A stretch of DNA of 64,000 nucleotides from an uncultured Gammaproteobacteria bacterium (GTDB lineage: Bacteria > Patescibacteriota > Patescibacteriia > JAHIZJ01). The notes under the pieces are model-generated. The model was given only the letters and a program-made list of their open reading frames with translations, ran no database searches and was not told the origin of the DNA. The stretch is taken from NCBI GenBank assembly GCA_964371245.1, contig CAYJKP010000001.1, positions 443,042 through 507,041 on the forward strand. Reading direction: 5' to 3'. A program made the translations under genes and the position numbers. Of this stretch, positions 38,379 to 49,145 are shown in pieces (the first letter of the stretch is position 1; the number at the start of each line of letters is the position of its first letter).

Positions 38379-39382
38379 TATGGCAGTTCGGTTTCATCGA
38401 TACGCTTTTTTATATCTTCCGGTACCTGATCCGGGAATTCATCGATGAGCGCCCTTACTCGTCTCATCGCTTGACCCATGAGCGGGCCCTTTTCAATCCC
38501 ACGTCCAGTCAAGTAGTCAAACAGGCTCGATCCGAAAATTTCACCTTCACGCTTCGCTCGGGCCGCTCGAAGCTCAGCCTCAACCTTCGCTTGTTCAGCT
38601 AATATTTTCCCATCCTCGTATCGCTTCCAGACCGCCTCAGGGTCAAAATGCTCTTTTTCGACATCATGGACAACAGAGAGCTTGCCCTCTGCCAATGTCG
38701 TGTACTGGGTCCCCAGACCGTCAACTTTTATCACTAAAGCCAAGAGATTGAGCGTTTCGCGGCGTTGGACATCGTCAGCGCCGAACGACTCTATAATCGG
38801 CACAATCTTAACAGGATTCATAATCAGGAGATCGGTCCGCATATGGTTTTGAATGACCGTCATGGCCCGATCAAGCCGCTCACCCGCCAGGCCGTTCGAC
38901 GCCAATGAACGATTGATATCATCGAGCCGCGCCTCCGTGTGGCCCATCATCGCCACTTGGAGCTTTCCTTTCTCAGCGCGCTCCTGCGTTCTTCCTTTAT
39001 TCCAGGGAAAACGGATTGCCACGGTTTTTCCGAGGTCATGATACAAAAGTATCAGCCGAAGCTCTTCGTTCTGGTCAGCTGGCAGGCCTAATTTTTCCAA
39101 TTCATGCAAACACCGCCGCGTATGGTCCCAGACGGTTCTTCCCTCGGAATGCGTGATGGACGTTATCCCTGCCTTTTCCATGGCAGTCTTCAATCGTTCC
39201 GGATCATCGAGCGAGCCTTCAATGTCAGCATAGCCGCGAGGCAGGTTTGGAAGACGCTGCATTTCTTGTGCGGCGGCGATATTTTCACGATTCGCCTCAA
39301 TGCCCAATTCACGCAACTGGATTGCGAAAGTCTCATCCCCGGATTCTATTGACCGTGGTCCGTTTTCTCCAGGTATACGCAT
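38378..39382 (-). CDS. HD-domain-like protein of unknown function
   Basis: WDHTRRCLH...LLYHDLGK is HD-like. GC is somewhat higher than neighbouring genes. Confidence 0.4.
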   Translation of the reverse strand: MRIPGENGPRSIESGDETFAIQLRELGIEANRENIAAAQEMQRLPNLPRGYADIEGSLDDPERLKTAMEKAGITSITHSEGRTVWDHTRRCLHELEKLGLPADQNEELRLILLYHDLGKTVAIRFPWNKGRTQERAEKGKLQVAMMGHTEARLDDINRSLASNGLAGERLDRAMTVIQNHMRTDLLIMNPVKIVPIIESFGADDVQRRETLNLLALVIKVDGLGTQYTTLAEGKLSVVHDVEKEHFDPEAVWKRYEDGKILAEQAKVEAELRAARAKREGEIFGSSLFDYLTGRGIEKGPLMGQAMRRVRALIDEFPDQVPEDIKKRIDETELP

Positions 39383-39383
39383 G

Positions 39384-40679
39384 TTATTTCGTTAATATCT
39401 TTGGCAGCGACAGACCGCCCTTCTCCGTTTGATAGTTTTCGATGAGGGCGATCAGCGTCCGTCCCATGGCAAACGCCGTACCATTAATAGTGTGGACCAG
39501 CTCGGAATGTTTGCCATCTGAATATTTGGTATTCAAACGACGAGCTTGAAAGTCTGTTGAGTTTGACGTTGAATGGGTTTCCCGGTACTCCCCTTTTCCA
39601 TCATTTTGACCTGGCAGCCAGCTCTCGATGTCAAATTGTTCCGCGTCCGTCGAAACCATGTCGCCGGTGCACACGTGAACAACGCGATACGGCAATTTCA
39701 GTTCCTGCATCAGCGCTTCCTGGATGGCGAGAAAAAAGCGATGTTCTTCCCTCGATAGGTCGGGTTGGGAGAATGAAAACATTTCCAGCTTGTCGAATTG
39801 GTGAACGCGCAATATACCCTTGGTATCTTTGCCGTAGCTGCCGGCCTCTCGCCGGAAATTTGTCGAGTAGCCAATAAACCGTATCGGCAATTGTTCCGCC
39901 GTGAGCGTTTCATTTTGATAGTATGGACCGAGTGTGTGTTCAGCACTACCGATCAAATAGAGGTTGTCCTTTGGAAGATGATAGCGTTCTTCTTCTTGTC
40001 CGGGATCGAGCTTGCCCATCGCCCGGAATACCTCCATCCGGATCATGTCAGGCGGCAAAACCGGAACAAATGCCTGTGACGGTACGGACAGTTTTGCCTT
40101 CTTGATAACCTTTGACAGCCACGCTTCGTTTGTTAATCGAGACAGCGTGAATTGGATCAGGGCGAACTGTGCCATAACAAGCTGCCCTTTGAGATAGCCG
40201 AAACGTGTTCCCGAAACGCGCGCCGCGCGATCAGTATCGATCAGATCAAGATTTGACGCTATTTCAAAATAATCCTTTGGTTTATACGAAAATGTCTTTT
40301 TTTGGCCAACGTTACGTAAAACCTTATTATCGGCTTCATTTTTGCCCACCGGAACATCCTCAAAGGGCACATTCGGCAATTTATACATTATGGCTGTAAA
40401 CTCCTCACTGGCGAGCTCCAGGGCTTTCTCAGAAGACTTTAAAGACTCTTTGAGTTTCTGGGCATTCAAAATCTTTGCTTGTTTTTCGGACGGGTTGGCC
40501 GTGCTTATCTCTTTAGCTGCTTTATTCATTACCGCGCGCAAATCATCTACTTTGGCGATGAGCAGCTTTCGCTCATTATCTAATTTTAATAATTTCGGTA
40601 TTGCCACAGTACAACCACGATTTTTTAAACCTTCGGCATAGCGGTCAGGTTCTAAACGAATTTTTTTTATGTCTAACAT
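39384..40679 (-). CDS. serS: seryl-tRNA synthetase
   Basis: An N-terminal coiled coil and a class II core of about 430 aa. Confidence 0.9.
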   Translation of the reverse strand: MLDIKKIRLEPDRYAEGLKNRGCTVAIPKLLKLDNERKLLIAKVDDLRAVMNKAAKEISTANPSEKQAKILNAQKLKESLKSSEKALELASEEFTAIMYKLPNVPFEDVPVGKNEADNKVLRNVGQKKTFSYKPKDYFEIASNLDLIDTDRAARVSGTRFGYLKGQLVMAQFALIQFTLSRLTNEAWLSKVIKKAKLSVPSQAFVPVLPPDMIRMEVFRAMGKLDPGQEEERYHLPKDNLYLIGSAEHTLGPYYQNETLTAEQLPIRFIGYSTNFRREAGSYGKDTKGILRVHQFDKLEMFSFSQPDLSREEHRFFLAIQEALMQELKLPYRVVHVCTGDMVSTDAEQFDIESWLPGQNDGKGEYRETHSTSNSTDFQARRLNTKYSDGKHSELVHTINGTAFAMGRTLIALIENYQTEKGGLSLPKILTK

Positions 40680-40685
40680 AGTATT

Positions 40686-41237
40686 TTACAATTCTAATTC
40701 TTGAGAAACTGATTGTAAGGCGGTCAGGCAATTATTAATATGTTCATCAAGCGGTATCTCTATTTCATTCGCGCCTTGGATAATATCCTCGCGCCGTATT
40801 TGACGCGCGAACGCCTTGTCTTTCATTTTTTTCTTTATTGACGCTAGCGTGACGTCGGCTAACTTTTTTGACGGCCTGACCAGGGTCACGGCGATAATCA
40901 AGCCACAAAGCTCATCGCAGGCGAACAAGGTTTTTGCCATCTTCGTTATTCTCGGTACGCCGGAATAATCAGCATGACCGAGAATCGCTTCAATAACTTC
41001 ATCTGGATAACCGTGCGTCCTGAGAATCTGCGCTCCCTTTAATGGATGATCGGGCGCATTGGGATACATTTCATAATCAAAATCATGCAGCAAGCCGGTA
41101 ATGCTCCATAGCTCTTCATCCTCATTTTTATGCTGTGCATACCACCGCATGGCTGCCTCAACAGCCAAGCCATGTTTAATGAGGTTTGGAGTCTTAGTAT
41201 GCTCCTTCAGTAATTGTAAGGCCTCAGCTCGGTTCAT
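40686..41237 (-). CDS. HDIG/YqeK-like HD-domain hydrolase (candidate Ap4A hydrolase)
   Basis: The pattern H..V..A...A...GLLHDFDYE is about 185 aa, the YqeK-like size. The ORF-track start at 41252 overlaps lysS by 29 nt; the internal ATG at 41237 was preferred. Confidence 0.5.
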   Translation of the reverse strand: MNRAEALQLLKEHTKTPNLIKHGLAVEAAMRWYAQHKNEDEELWSITGLLHDFDYEMYPNAPDHPLKGAQILRTHGYPDEVIEAILGHADYSGVPRITKMAKTLFACDELCGLIIAVTLVRPSKKLADVTLASIKKKMKDKAFARQIRREDIIQGANEIEIPLDEHINNCLTALQSVSQELEL

Positions 41238-42705
41238 GTGTTTCTTTTTCATAATCTTTCATCGGCGGGAAAAGAACGGTTTCGCGAACCGGCTTGTCCA
41301 TGATGACGGCGAAGAGACGTTCCGATAGGCCAAAGCCGGCCGCCGGCGGTAGGCCGTATTCCATCGCCTCAAGATAGTCTTCATCGAGACGCTGCGCTTC
41401 CGTATCACCGGCCGCCCGAAGCGACATTTGTTCTTCAAAACGTTTCCGCTGATCAAGAGGATCATTTAATTCGGAAAAGCCTTTGCCCAACTCCGTGCCC
41501 CAGGCGACAACCTGAAACCGTTGAACGCGGTCAGGCGCGTCAACGCGTCGTTTCGCCAATGGTTCAACAACCGCCGGCGGATCCATGAGAAAACCGGGAT
41601 TAATCAGTTTTGGCCGAACGCATTTCTTATAGACAGCGTCGATCAATCGGCCGTGACCAACATACGCTTCAAGGGCAATGCCTTGCTTTTCAGCAAATTG
41701 ACGCAGTTCTTCGTCTGTGGCCTTCTCGAGATTGCAACCGGTATACTTTTTAAATTCTTTGTAGTAGTCGTATTTTACCCAGGCCTTTTTCCAATCAATG
41801 GTTTGATTGTTATTTGTCACGACCAATGAACCCGTTACTTTCTTAATCACCTCTCGATACAAGCGTTGAACAAACTTCATGAGCTGGTGATAATCGGCAT
41901 ACGACCAATAAAATTCCAATTGCGTATAGTCTTGGAGGTGTTCAGTCGAAATGCCTTCATTTCGGAAGATACGGCCAATCTCAAATACTTTTTCATAGCC
42001 ACCGACCAGGAGTCTTTTTAAAGGTAATTCAAGCGAAATGCGTAAAAAGAGATCGCGGTGCAGCGTATTGTGATGCGTGATAAACGGCTCGGCTTCGGCG
42101 CCGCCAGGGACGTTTTCCAGAACCGGCGTTTCGACTTCCAGGAAACTATTCTTTATCATGAACGATCGGATCGCTTGCCAAAATATCGATTTCTTAACGA
42201 AGAGGTCGCGTGTTTTGGGGTTTACCGCCAGATCGAGATACCGCTTTCGCAAACGTGTTTCGACATCTTTGAGACCGAAATGCGCCTCGGGTATCGCGCG
42301 CAAAGCTTTGGCTAACAACTGGTACGCCTTGGCATCGAGTGTTGGTTGTCCTTGAGTAGTTTTAAATACCGTCCCGGTAAATTCAACGATGTCGCTGGTG
42401 TCTATACAATCGCTGAGTTGTTTAAACTTTTCCTGGCCGAGCCGGTCGAGTTTGCAAAAAATTTGAAAGGTGCCCGTCCCATCTTCAAGGTCATAGAATG
42501 ACGAGCCGCCGTGGCGACGAACTGACCTGACGCGACCGGCTAGAGTAATCGTTTTTTTACTATCTGCATATGCCTGAAAATTATCGATTGCCTGAACAAT
42601 CGTTGTCGTCCGTCCGCTGCTCGATGGATAGGGTTGGACGCCGAGTTTTTCAAGTGATTGTAATTTTTCTAGCCGGAGAGCGCGGCTTTCATCTAAACGA
42701 CTCAT
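41224..42705 (-). CDS. lysS: lysyl-tRNA synthetase, class II
   Basis: An N-terminal OB fold plus the class II catalytic core, about 493 aa. Confidence 0.9.
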   Translation of the reverse strand: MSRLDESRALRLEKLQSLEKLGVQPYPSSSGRTTTIVQAIDNFQAYADSKKTITLAGRVRSVRRHGGSSFYDLEDGTGTFQIFCKLDRLGQEKFKQLSDCIDTSDIVEFTGTVFKTTQGQPTLDAKAYQLLAKALRAIPEAHFGLKDVETRLRKRYLDLAVNPKTRDLFVKKSIFWQAIRSFMIKNSFLEVETPVLENVPGGAEAEPFITHHNTLHRDLFLRISLELPLKRLLVGGYEKVFEIGRIFRNEGISTEHLQDYTQLEFYWSYADYHQLMKFVQRLYREVIKKVTGSLVVTNNNQTIDWKKAWVKYDYYKEFKKYTGCNLEKATDEELRQFAEKQGIALEAYVGHGRLIDAVYKKCVRPKLINPGFLMDPPAVVEPLAKRRVDAPDRVQRFQVVAWGTELGKGFSELNDPLDQRKRFEEQMSLRAAGDTEAQRLDEDYLEAMEYGLPPAAGFGLSERLFAVIMDKPVRETVLFPPMKDYEKETHEPS

Positions 42706-42856
42706 ACGTATTTCGGTAATTTGTTCTTTATTACTGATATTCGGATACTGCCCATATTTTACTTCATTTGCCGAATTTTTTCAAGAAAAACGCACTTTTT
42801 AAATTATGAAGCCAACAAAAAAACCACCCGATTCGGATGATTTCTTTATTGCCTAT

Positions 42857-43333
42857 CTATTTGATACCGAGAATTTTATAGATAACCTTTCCAGACGGCA
42901 CCTCTATCTCTATTTGTTCGCCAATCTTGTGTCCCAGAAAAGCTTGACCGAGTGGTGACTCGTTTGAAATAAAGCCTTTTTCCGGGTCAGCCTCATTCGA
43001 ACCGACGATCGTATAGGAAAGCTTTTTGTTGTGAGCCTCCAGTTCGACATTGCAGCCGACATGAACAGTGTTATCTTTACCTTGAACAATGCTACTATTA
43101 TCAATAATAGTTACGTTTTTCAAGAGATTCTCTAATTGGGCAATTCTTCCTTCAACAAAAGATTGCTCGTTTTTTGCCTCGGCATATTCTGCGTTTTCTG
43201 ATAAATCGCCCAGCTCTTTGGCATCCTGAATACGATCGGCAATTTCTTTCCGCTTGATGTTCTTTAAATCATCGAGCTCTTTTTTCAACTTAACAAAGCC
43301 CTCGCTCGTTATATATGTTTTTTTATCAGCCAT
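42857..43333 (-). CDS. greA: transcription elongation factor GreA
   Basis: A coiled-coil N-terminus with acidic tip residues and an FKBP-like C-terminus, 158 aa. Confidence 0.9.
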   Translation of the reverse strand: MADKKTYITSEGFVKLKKELDDLKNIKRKEIADRIQDAKELGDLSENAEYAEAKNEQSFVEGRIAQLENLLKNVTIIDNSSIVQGKDNTVHVGCNVELEAHNKKLSYTIVGSNEADPEKGFISNESPLGQAFLGHKIGEQIEIEVPSGKVIYKILGIK

Positions 43334-43449
43334 GATATTTCGTTTTTTAAAAAAAGCCCTTCGTGCAAGTAAAATATTTTATTCGGAAATTGAGTAGACT
43401 ATAGTTTAAAAACAAATTCGGTCTTTTGTCAATAGACTTATCCACATAA

Positions 43450-45402
43450 CTATCGTTTACCATAATACCAAGTAAGAAAATCCTTGGCAACAGGCAAAGC
43501 AACAGCGTTTCCTTCTCCGCCGCCTTCTATCAGAACAGTGATGACAATCTCGGGATTATCATATGGCGCAAAACCGGTAAACCAGGCATGCGTTTTATCG
43601 TCAGAATACTGTGCTGTGCCTGTTTTCCCAGCTGAGGTTACTGGTAAATCTTGGAGTGAACGAGAACTGCCTGTTAGCACGCCTTCACGTAACCCCTGTC
43701 GAACCGGCTGAATCGACGTTTTTGGCAATATTTGTTCTTGAATAATCTGAGGATTCTGATACGTAACGGCATGGGTTATCGGATCAATGGTTGATCGAAC
43801 CACATGTGGCTGATAAAAGGTGCCGCCATTGGCCATAATTGCCGTCAAATTTGCAATTTGAAGCGGCGTCACGAGCAGGTCGCCCTGGCCGATGGCGAGG
43901 TGGTAGGTATCGCCGATATACCAACTTTCTTTCTTCACTCTTTCTTTCCATTCTTTGTCTGGCAGAAAACCGGTTGCCTCGCCGCTCATATCGATGCCGA
44001 GCGTCTTACCGAAGCCAAACTTGTCGGCATATTCTTTTATCTTCTCAACGCCCAAACCCTTGATATCTTCATAGCCGCCACCGATCGCATAGAAGAACGT
44101 GTTGACTGATTCCGATAACGCCTTCGTCAGATTTGTCACGCCATGGCCGCCAGCTTTCCAATCAGGAAAAAACCATTTGTCGATCTTAATACCACCGGTG
44201 CTCGTGACCGTTGTGCTCGGCGTAATATTTCCCTCGTTCAGCGCTGCGCTCGCAATAAGCGGTTTGATCGTTGACCCGGATGGATATTCGCCGCTGAGCG
44301 GCCGATTAAATAATGGCTGTCTCGGATCGGCGATTAACTGCTGGTATTGTTCATTTGTCAGACCGCCCGAAAAAACGTTGTTATCATAGGTTGGCGAGGT
44401 AACGAGTGCGAGTATCTCACCATTGCGCGGGTCGAGGGCAATCGCGGCACCACCCGTTTTCTGGAGTCGGTTCACTTGGTCGTCGAGTAGTTGCTGGAGC
44501 TTGTTCTGGTAATCCTTATCAATCGATAATATTAGATTCATGCCTGGCTGGGGCTGTTCTGACGCGATCACTTTTTTTACTTTGCCCATCGAGTCGACTT
44601 CAACGTGATTGCGTCCATAGGTGCCTCGAAGCACGTCTTCATAATATTTTTCTACCCCAACCTTGCCGATAACGTCATCGGCCTGATAATTTTTATCGAG
44701 ATAGCTTTTTTGTTCCGCCTCGTTTATTTTCCCGGTATACCCGAGGATATTTGAAAATACGTTTCCGCCGAGATATTTTCTGCCCGATTCGGCTGAGATC
44801 GCAATACCCGGCAATTGATTACTTTCGATTTTTAATTTAATCGCATGATTGATATCAATATGCTCCGCGAGCATGAGCGGTTGATAGACAGTTATTTTTT
44901 TTTGATCGTTTTTACTCACCTCGGTTAAATAGCTGTCGACCTTTTCCTGGATGACCTTCTCATCTAAATCCAGGGTTTTCGAGACGCTCGAAAGAACCTG
45001 GACGCGTTCAGTATTATCTTTAGGCAAATCACCGGGCACGACAAAAAGGGTAAAATTGGGAACGTTTTCTACGAGTGGCTTCTCATTACGATCGAGTATC
45101 AATCCCCGGGGCGGTTTTATCCACTGAATTCGGACGCGATTGCCTTCAGCAATTTCACGGTATTGAGCTCCCTGCGCCATCTGCAATTCGATCGTGCGCA
45201 CCCCAAGGGTAATAAAACAGGCAATAATTATATAAATAATTATGTTCAGCTTGCCAAACGGAACATGAAGTCGTAATGATTCCCGTTCAGCGTCCTCGGG
45301 CCGATATTCGTCGCCTTGAGAATGATTAAAATTATAGTCTCTAACCAGACGTTTTTTTATATCGTCAGTTTGACCGTATATTTCAAATGGGTTTATTGGC
45401 AT
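43450..45402 (-). CDS. mrdA: penicillin-binding protein 2 (elongasome transpeptidase)
   Basis: Transpeptidase motifs STIK (SxxK), SVN (SxN) and KTGTA (KTG) are present. It lies adjacent to mreD. Confidence 0.85.
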   Translation of the reverse strand: MPINPFEIYGQTDDIKKRLVRDYNFNHSQGDEYRPEDAERESLRLHVPFGKLNIIIYIIIACFITLGVRTIELQMAQGAQYREIAEGNRVRIQWIKPPRGLILDRNEKPLVENVPNFTLFVVPGDLPKDNTERVQVLSSVSKTLDLDEKVIQEKVDSYLTEVSKNDQKKITVYQPLMLAEHIDINHAIKLKIESNQLPGIAISAESGRKYLGGNVFSNILGYTGKINEAEQKSYLDKNYQADDVIGKVGVEKYYEDVLRGTYGRNHVEVDSMGKVKKVIASEQPQPGMNLILSIDKDYQNKLQQLLDDQVNRLQKTGGAAIALDPRNGEILALVTSPTYDNNVFSGGLTNEQYQQLIADPRQPLFNRPLSGEYPSGSTIKPLIASAALNEGNITPSTTVTSTGGIKIDKWFFPDWKAGGHGVTNLTKALSESVNTFFYAIGGGYEDIKGLGVEKIKEYADKFGFGKTLGIDMSGEATGFLPDKEWKERVKKESWYIGDTYHLAIGQGDLLVTPLQIANLTAIMANGGTFYQPHVVRSTIDPITHAVTYQNPQIIQEQILPKTSIQPVRQGLREGVLTGSSRSLQDLPVTSAGKTGTAQYSDDKTHAWFTGFAPYDNPEIVITVLIEGGGEGNAVALPVAKDFLTWYYGKR

Positions 45403-45407
45403 GGTGA

Positions 45408-45929
45408 TTATGATTTTTGAATGAGGAATCGATCGCGAAAACGCTTTACGGCCTGATTAAAAACCAAATAGCATAAAACGCACGTCACGGTTGTGGCAAA
45501 CGCCTGACTCAGCATTGCCACCGGATAAAATATGAGGTGCGTCGGATCAGAAGCGAAGAATATCCAGACTTGCGAAATGCCGTATAATAAGAGCGCGTAA
45601 ACAAGGCACATCAACACTACTAATAGGATGAGCGTAAGGCCGGTGCGATGTGAAAAATAATTCAGATACAGAAAATAGGCAACCAACGCCGTACCAAGCA
45701 AAGAAATTGTAATGACGCCGATCGGTAGGCTTGAAAATATGTCCGCCAGTAAACCGAGTATTGCCGTCCAAATAAAATAATTCCTCGTCTTCAACGTGAT
45801 GAGAAAATACAGGGTGGCAATAATTAATATATTAATGCCAGAGGGAAGCGGAAAAAATATTGGCACAATCGATGTTTGCGCAACCACGAAAAATAGGACG
45901 AGCAATAATATCCCAAACTGTTTAATCAT
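45408..45929 (-). CDS. mreD: rod shape-determining protein MreD
   Basis: A small polytopic membrane protein in the mreBCD operon position. Confidence 0.7.
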   Translation of the reverse strand: MIKQFGILLLVLFFVVAQTSIVPIFFPLPSGINILIIATLYFLITLKTRNYFIWTAILGLLADIFSSLPIGVITISLLGTALVAYFLYLNYFSHRTGLTLILLVVLMCLVYALLLYGISQVWIFFASDPTHLIFYPVAMLSQAFATTVTCVLCYLVFNQAVKRFRDRFLIQKS

Positions 45930-46737
45930 TGATTATCGTTTGCGGGATAATAACCGAGATAATTTGGAGATGGTCAAACCTGATCGGGGACGTAACGACG
46001 GCACTCTGAAATATGTCGCCTGGATTTATGGCCGTAGCGCTGATCGTCCCGATCACAATCCCCTGCGGTATATTCGATTCCAACCCCGAGGTAATAACAA
46101 TCTGATCGCGCGTGATAATTTCATTTTGCGGAATAAGTTGCATTTCAAGCGAGAGGCCATGTTGTCCGATGACAATGCCGGGCGCATTCGTATCGTTCTG
46201 AACGGTTGCGGCAACTTCACTTTGACGGTCGATGATGAGTCGTACTTTTGAGATTGAATCGCGTGATTCAATGACCTTGCCGATTAAATAGCCGTTTTGT
46301 GAAATAACGGCATACCCCTCGTTTATACCGTTATTTGTACCGATATTTATCAGTATTTCTTCCGTCATCGAATCACTGGTACGCCCGATGATTCGCGAAA
46401 CAACCCCGTGATACCCCTTGTTTTTTAGAAATTCTTCTTCTTGGCGCGTAATCGTGAGTTCGCGTATTTCTGAATCTAAAAGACTTTTTTCTTGGATCAA
46501 TTTGTCGCGCTCAGCGCGCAAGCTTTCATTTTCCTTCTGGAGATCGTTAAACGCCTCCCTCTTCTCAAGATATTTGTGAATCGTGCTCGAAAAGATAAAC
46601 GTATTGCCCTGGATCGGTTTCAAAATAACGGTCACGAGGTCTGTCAGCGGGTTAAAAACACCGCTTGTTCGAAATAAAAAAACAACCATCAGAGCCAGAA
46701 TAATAATACCGCCGATAAGCGTATATCTTTTTTTCAT
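45922..46737 (-). CDS. mreC: rod shape-determining protein MreC
   Basis: An N-terminal TM helix, a coiled coil and beta domains in the conserved position. Confidence 0.8.
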   Translation of the reverse strand: MKKRYTLIGGIIILALMVVFLFRTSGVFNPLTDLVTVILKPIQGNTFIFSSTIHKYLEKREAFNDLQKENESLRAERDKLIQEKSLLDSEIRELTITRQEEEFLKNKGYHGVVSRIIGRTSDSMTEEILINIGTNNGINEGYAVISQNGYLIGKVIESRDSISKVRLIIDRQSEVAATVQNDTNAPGIVIGQHGLSLEMQLIPQNEIITRDQIVITSGLESNIPQGIVIGTISATAINPGDIFQSAVVTSPIRFDHLQIISVIIPQTIIND

Positions 46738-46742
46738 GGGTT

Positions 46743-47795
46743 CTATTCCTCGTGAGTAGACAACGAGAGAATGCCTTTGAGGTTATCAAGATCCTCGAGC
46801 ACGATGCCGGTGCCCCGAACAAGGCAGGTCAAGGGATCATCGGCAATATGAACGGGTATTTGTGTTTCGTGTTGGATGACACGGTCGAGCCCCCGCAGCA
46901 GCGCGCCGCCACCGGTTAATACCAAGCCGCGCTCGAAGATATCGGCCACCAATTCCGGCGGCGTTGATTCGATAGTGTCTTTGATATTTTCGATTATCAT
47001 TCGAATTGAGCGCTGGATCGCTTCCTGAACATGATAGCTATTGATTGTAACCTCGCGCGGCAAACCGGACAACAGATCGCGACCGCGCATTTTTGTTTCG
47101 AGCGGTTCGGTGATATCGCCAACCATGGCAACCTTTATTTTTACATTTTCGGCCGTTTGTTCGCCCAAGAGCAAATTAAAGTTTTCGCGCGCATACTGAA
47201 TGATATTTTGGTCCAATTCGTCGCCAGCGATTCTGAGCGATCGCCAGGTGATAACACCACCTAACGAAATAACGGCTATTTCCGTCGTGCCCCCGCCGAT
47301 ATCGACGATCATGTTTCCGGAAGCGTCTTGAATCGGTAACCGCGCCCCTATCGCCGCCGCCATCGGTTCTTCAATCAGAAAAACTTGACGCGCCCCGGCG
47401 TTCAGTGTGGCATCTTCAACGGCTTTCAATTCCACTTCGGTTATCCCTTGGGGCACCCCGATAACAATTCTCGGTCGCGGCACCACCGTGTAGGTTTCAC
47501 GATGTACTTTTTCAATAAAATGTCTGAGCATCCGTTCGGTAATTTCAAAGTCGGAAATTACTCCATGTATCAGCGCTTTGCTGGCTACAATATGAGCGGG
47601 CGTCTTCCCCACCATCCGGCGCGCTTCTTCACCGACCGCGACAATTTGATCAGTGCGCGTGTTAATCGCGACAATTGATGGCTCATTAATCACAATCCCC
47701 TTGTCTTTTATGTAGACAAGCGTATTCGAGGTACCCAAATCAATTCCCATGTCTTTTGAGAAGCGTCCAAAAAAGCGATTGAAGATATTGATCAT
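46743..47795 (-). CDS. mreB: actin-like rod shape protein MreB (with an N-terminal amphipathic extension)
   Basis: Carries GIDLGTSNT and is 350 aa. Confidence 0.9.
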   Translation of the reverse strand: MINIFNRFFGRFSKDMGIDLGTSNTLVYIKDKGIVINEPSIVAINTRTDQIVAVGEEARRMVGKTPAHIVASKALIHGVISDFEITERMLRHFIEKVHRETYTVVPRPRIVIGVPQGITEVELKAVEDATLNAGARQVFLIEEPMAAAIGARLPIQDASGNMIVDIGGGTTEIAVISLGGVITWRSLRIAGDELDQNIIQYARENFNLLLGEQTAENVKIKVAMVGDITEPLETKMRGRDLLSGLPREVTINSYHVQEAIQRSIRMIIENIKDTIESTPPELVADIFERGLVLTGGGALLRGLDRVIQHETQIPVHIADDPLTCLVRGTGIVLEDLDNLKGILSLSTHEE

Positions 47796-48033
47796 GAAAC
47801 CAGCATATTCATTAATTCTATTTCGCTCATCATTTTGGCTTGTCGTTTTGACCGTCTTTTTTCCTCTATCTGACCATTTGTTTTCGGGCTGACCAGGAGA
47901 CGATACGGAATTCCCAATGAATCGGCATCATTCAGCTTTTGGCCCGGGCTTGCATTTCGGTCATCGAATAGTATCTCAACGCCCTTTTTTACGCAAGCGT
48001 TATATATCTCTTCGGCCAGCGTAAGACAACTTT

Positions 48034-49143
48034 TTAGCCAAAAATATTTTTTATAAATCCGAATATGTTGTCTTTGAAACGATTGAGATCGCGCAAGGTA
48101 ATTAACACAATCAGCAACATCAACACGGTAAACCCGACATTATGAATCATCGCCTCAACGCGTCGATTAATTTGCTTGCCGCGTATTTTTTCAATCACGA
48201 CGAAGAGCACGCGCCCGCCATCGAGCGCCGGGAACGGGATAAAATTAATAATCGCGAGATTCAACGATAACAGCGCGGTAAATTGGATCAAGTAGGCAAA
48301 GCCTAATTGTGCGACCTGACCTGTTAAGACCGCTATTCCGATCGGTCCTGAGACATCGGCGCCAGTGGGTTGTCCAGTCAGCCAATTGCGAATTAATTGA
48401 TAAAACGCTACCAATATTACCCAAATAATTTCAAAGGTGGTTTTTACGCCGCGCCAAATCGCATCATACCAAGGATATGAGATAATGCCTGTTTCAACCA
48501 ACGTGGCGCCCATTTTACCTTCACCGGTGGCATCAAGGTTTTCAAGCGTTATGGTAACGGTTTTTTCCTTGTTCAAATGTTTATAGGTCAGCGTCTCGGC
48601 TGAGCCGACTTTGTCGCGGTTGTAATTTTGTACTTGGTCGACTGTCGTGATCGTCACGTTATCGATCTTAACGATTTGATCGCCCGAGACAAGTCCGGCT
48701 TTTTCGGCGGGTGTGTTTTTGGCCACTTCAATAATTTGAACCTTTTGATCTCGTATTTTGGCCGTGCCCATATTATCACCGAGCGTACTTGGTAAACCAA
48801 CGCCGAAACCGATCGAAAATAAAACCATCGCCAACACGACATTCATCGTTACGCCAGCGGACAGCATAAATATGCGTTGCCATACTTTTTTCGAGGCAAA
48901 GCTTTTCTGGTCGTTTGGATCGGCACCGTCCTCGCCCTTTATCTTCACGAAGCCGCCGACGGGAATCCAATTCAGTGAGTACAGCGTATCTTTTTTCTTA
49001 ATGCCAATAATTTTCGGCGGCAAGCCGAAGCCAAATTCTTCTACGGCGGCGCCCATTCTTCGTGCTGCTAAAAAATGACCTAATTCATGAACAAACACGA
49101 TCAGCCCAAGGATAACGACAAATGTGATAATGGTTACAACCAT
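48034..49143 (-). CDS. rseP: RIP metalloprotease RseP (site-2 protease)
   Basis: The HELGH zinc site, a PDZ domain and a polytopic membrane topology are present. Confidence 0.85.
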   Translation of the reverse strand: MVVTIITFVVILGLIVFVHELGHFLAARRMGAAVEEFGFGLPPKIIGIKKKDTLYSLNWIPVGGFVKIKGEDGADPNDQKSFASKKVWQRIFMLSAGVTMNVVLAMVLFSIGFGVGLPSTLGDNMGTAKIRDQKVQIIEVAKNTPAEKAGLVSGDQIVKIDNVTITTVDQVQNYNRDKVGSAETLTYKHLNKEKTVTITLENLDATGEGKMGATLVETGIISYPWYDAIWRGVKTTFEIIWVILVAFYQLIRNWLTGQPTGADVSGPIGIAVLTGQVAQLGFAYLIQFTALLSLNLAIINFIPFPALDGGRVLFVVIEKIRGKQINRRVEAMIHNVGFTVLMLLIVLITLRDLNRFKDNIFGFIKNIFG

Positions 49144-49145
49144 AG

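Noticed and set aside
47796-48033. 240-nt ORF-free spacer between rseP and mreB containing a GCCCGGGC palindrome
   Set aside because: It most likely holds just the mreB promoter/leader. No convincing terminator, sRNA-like hairpin plus T-run, or small ORF could be supported by eye.
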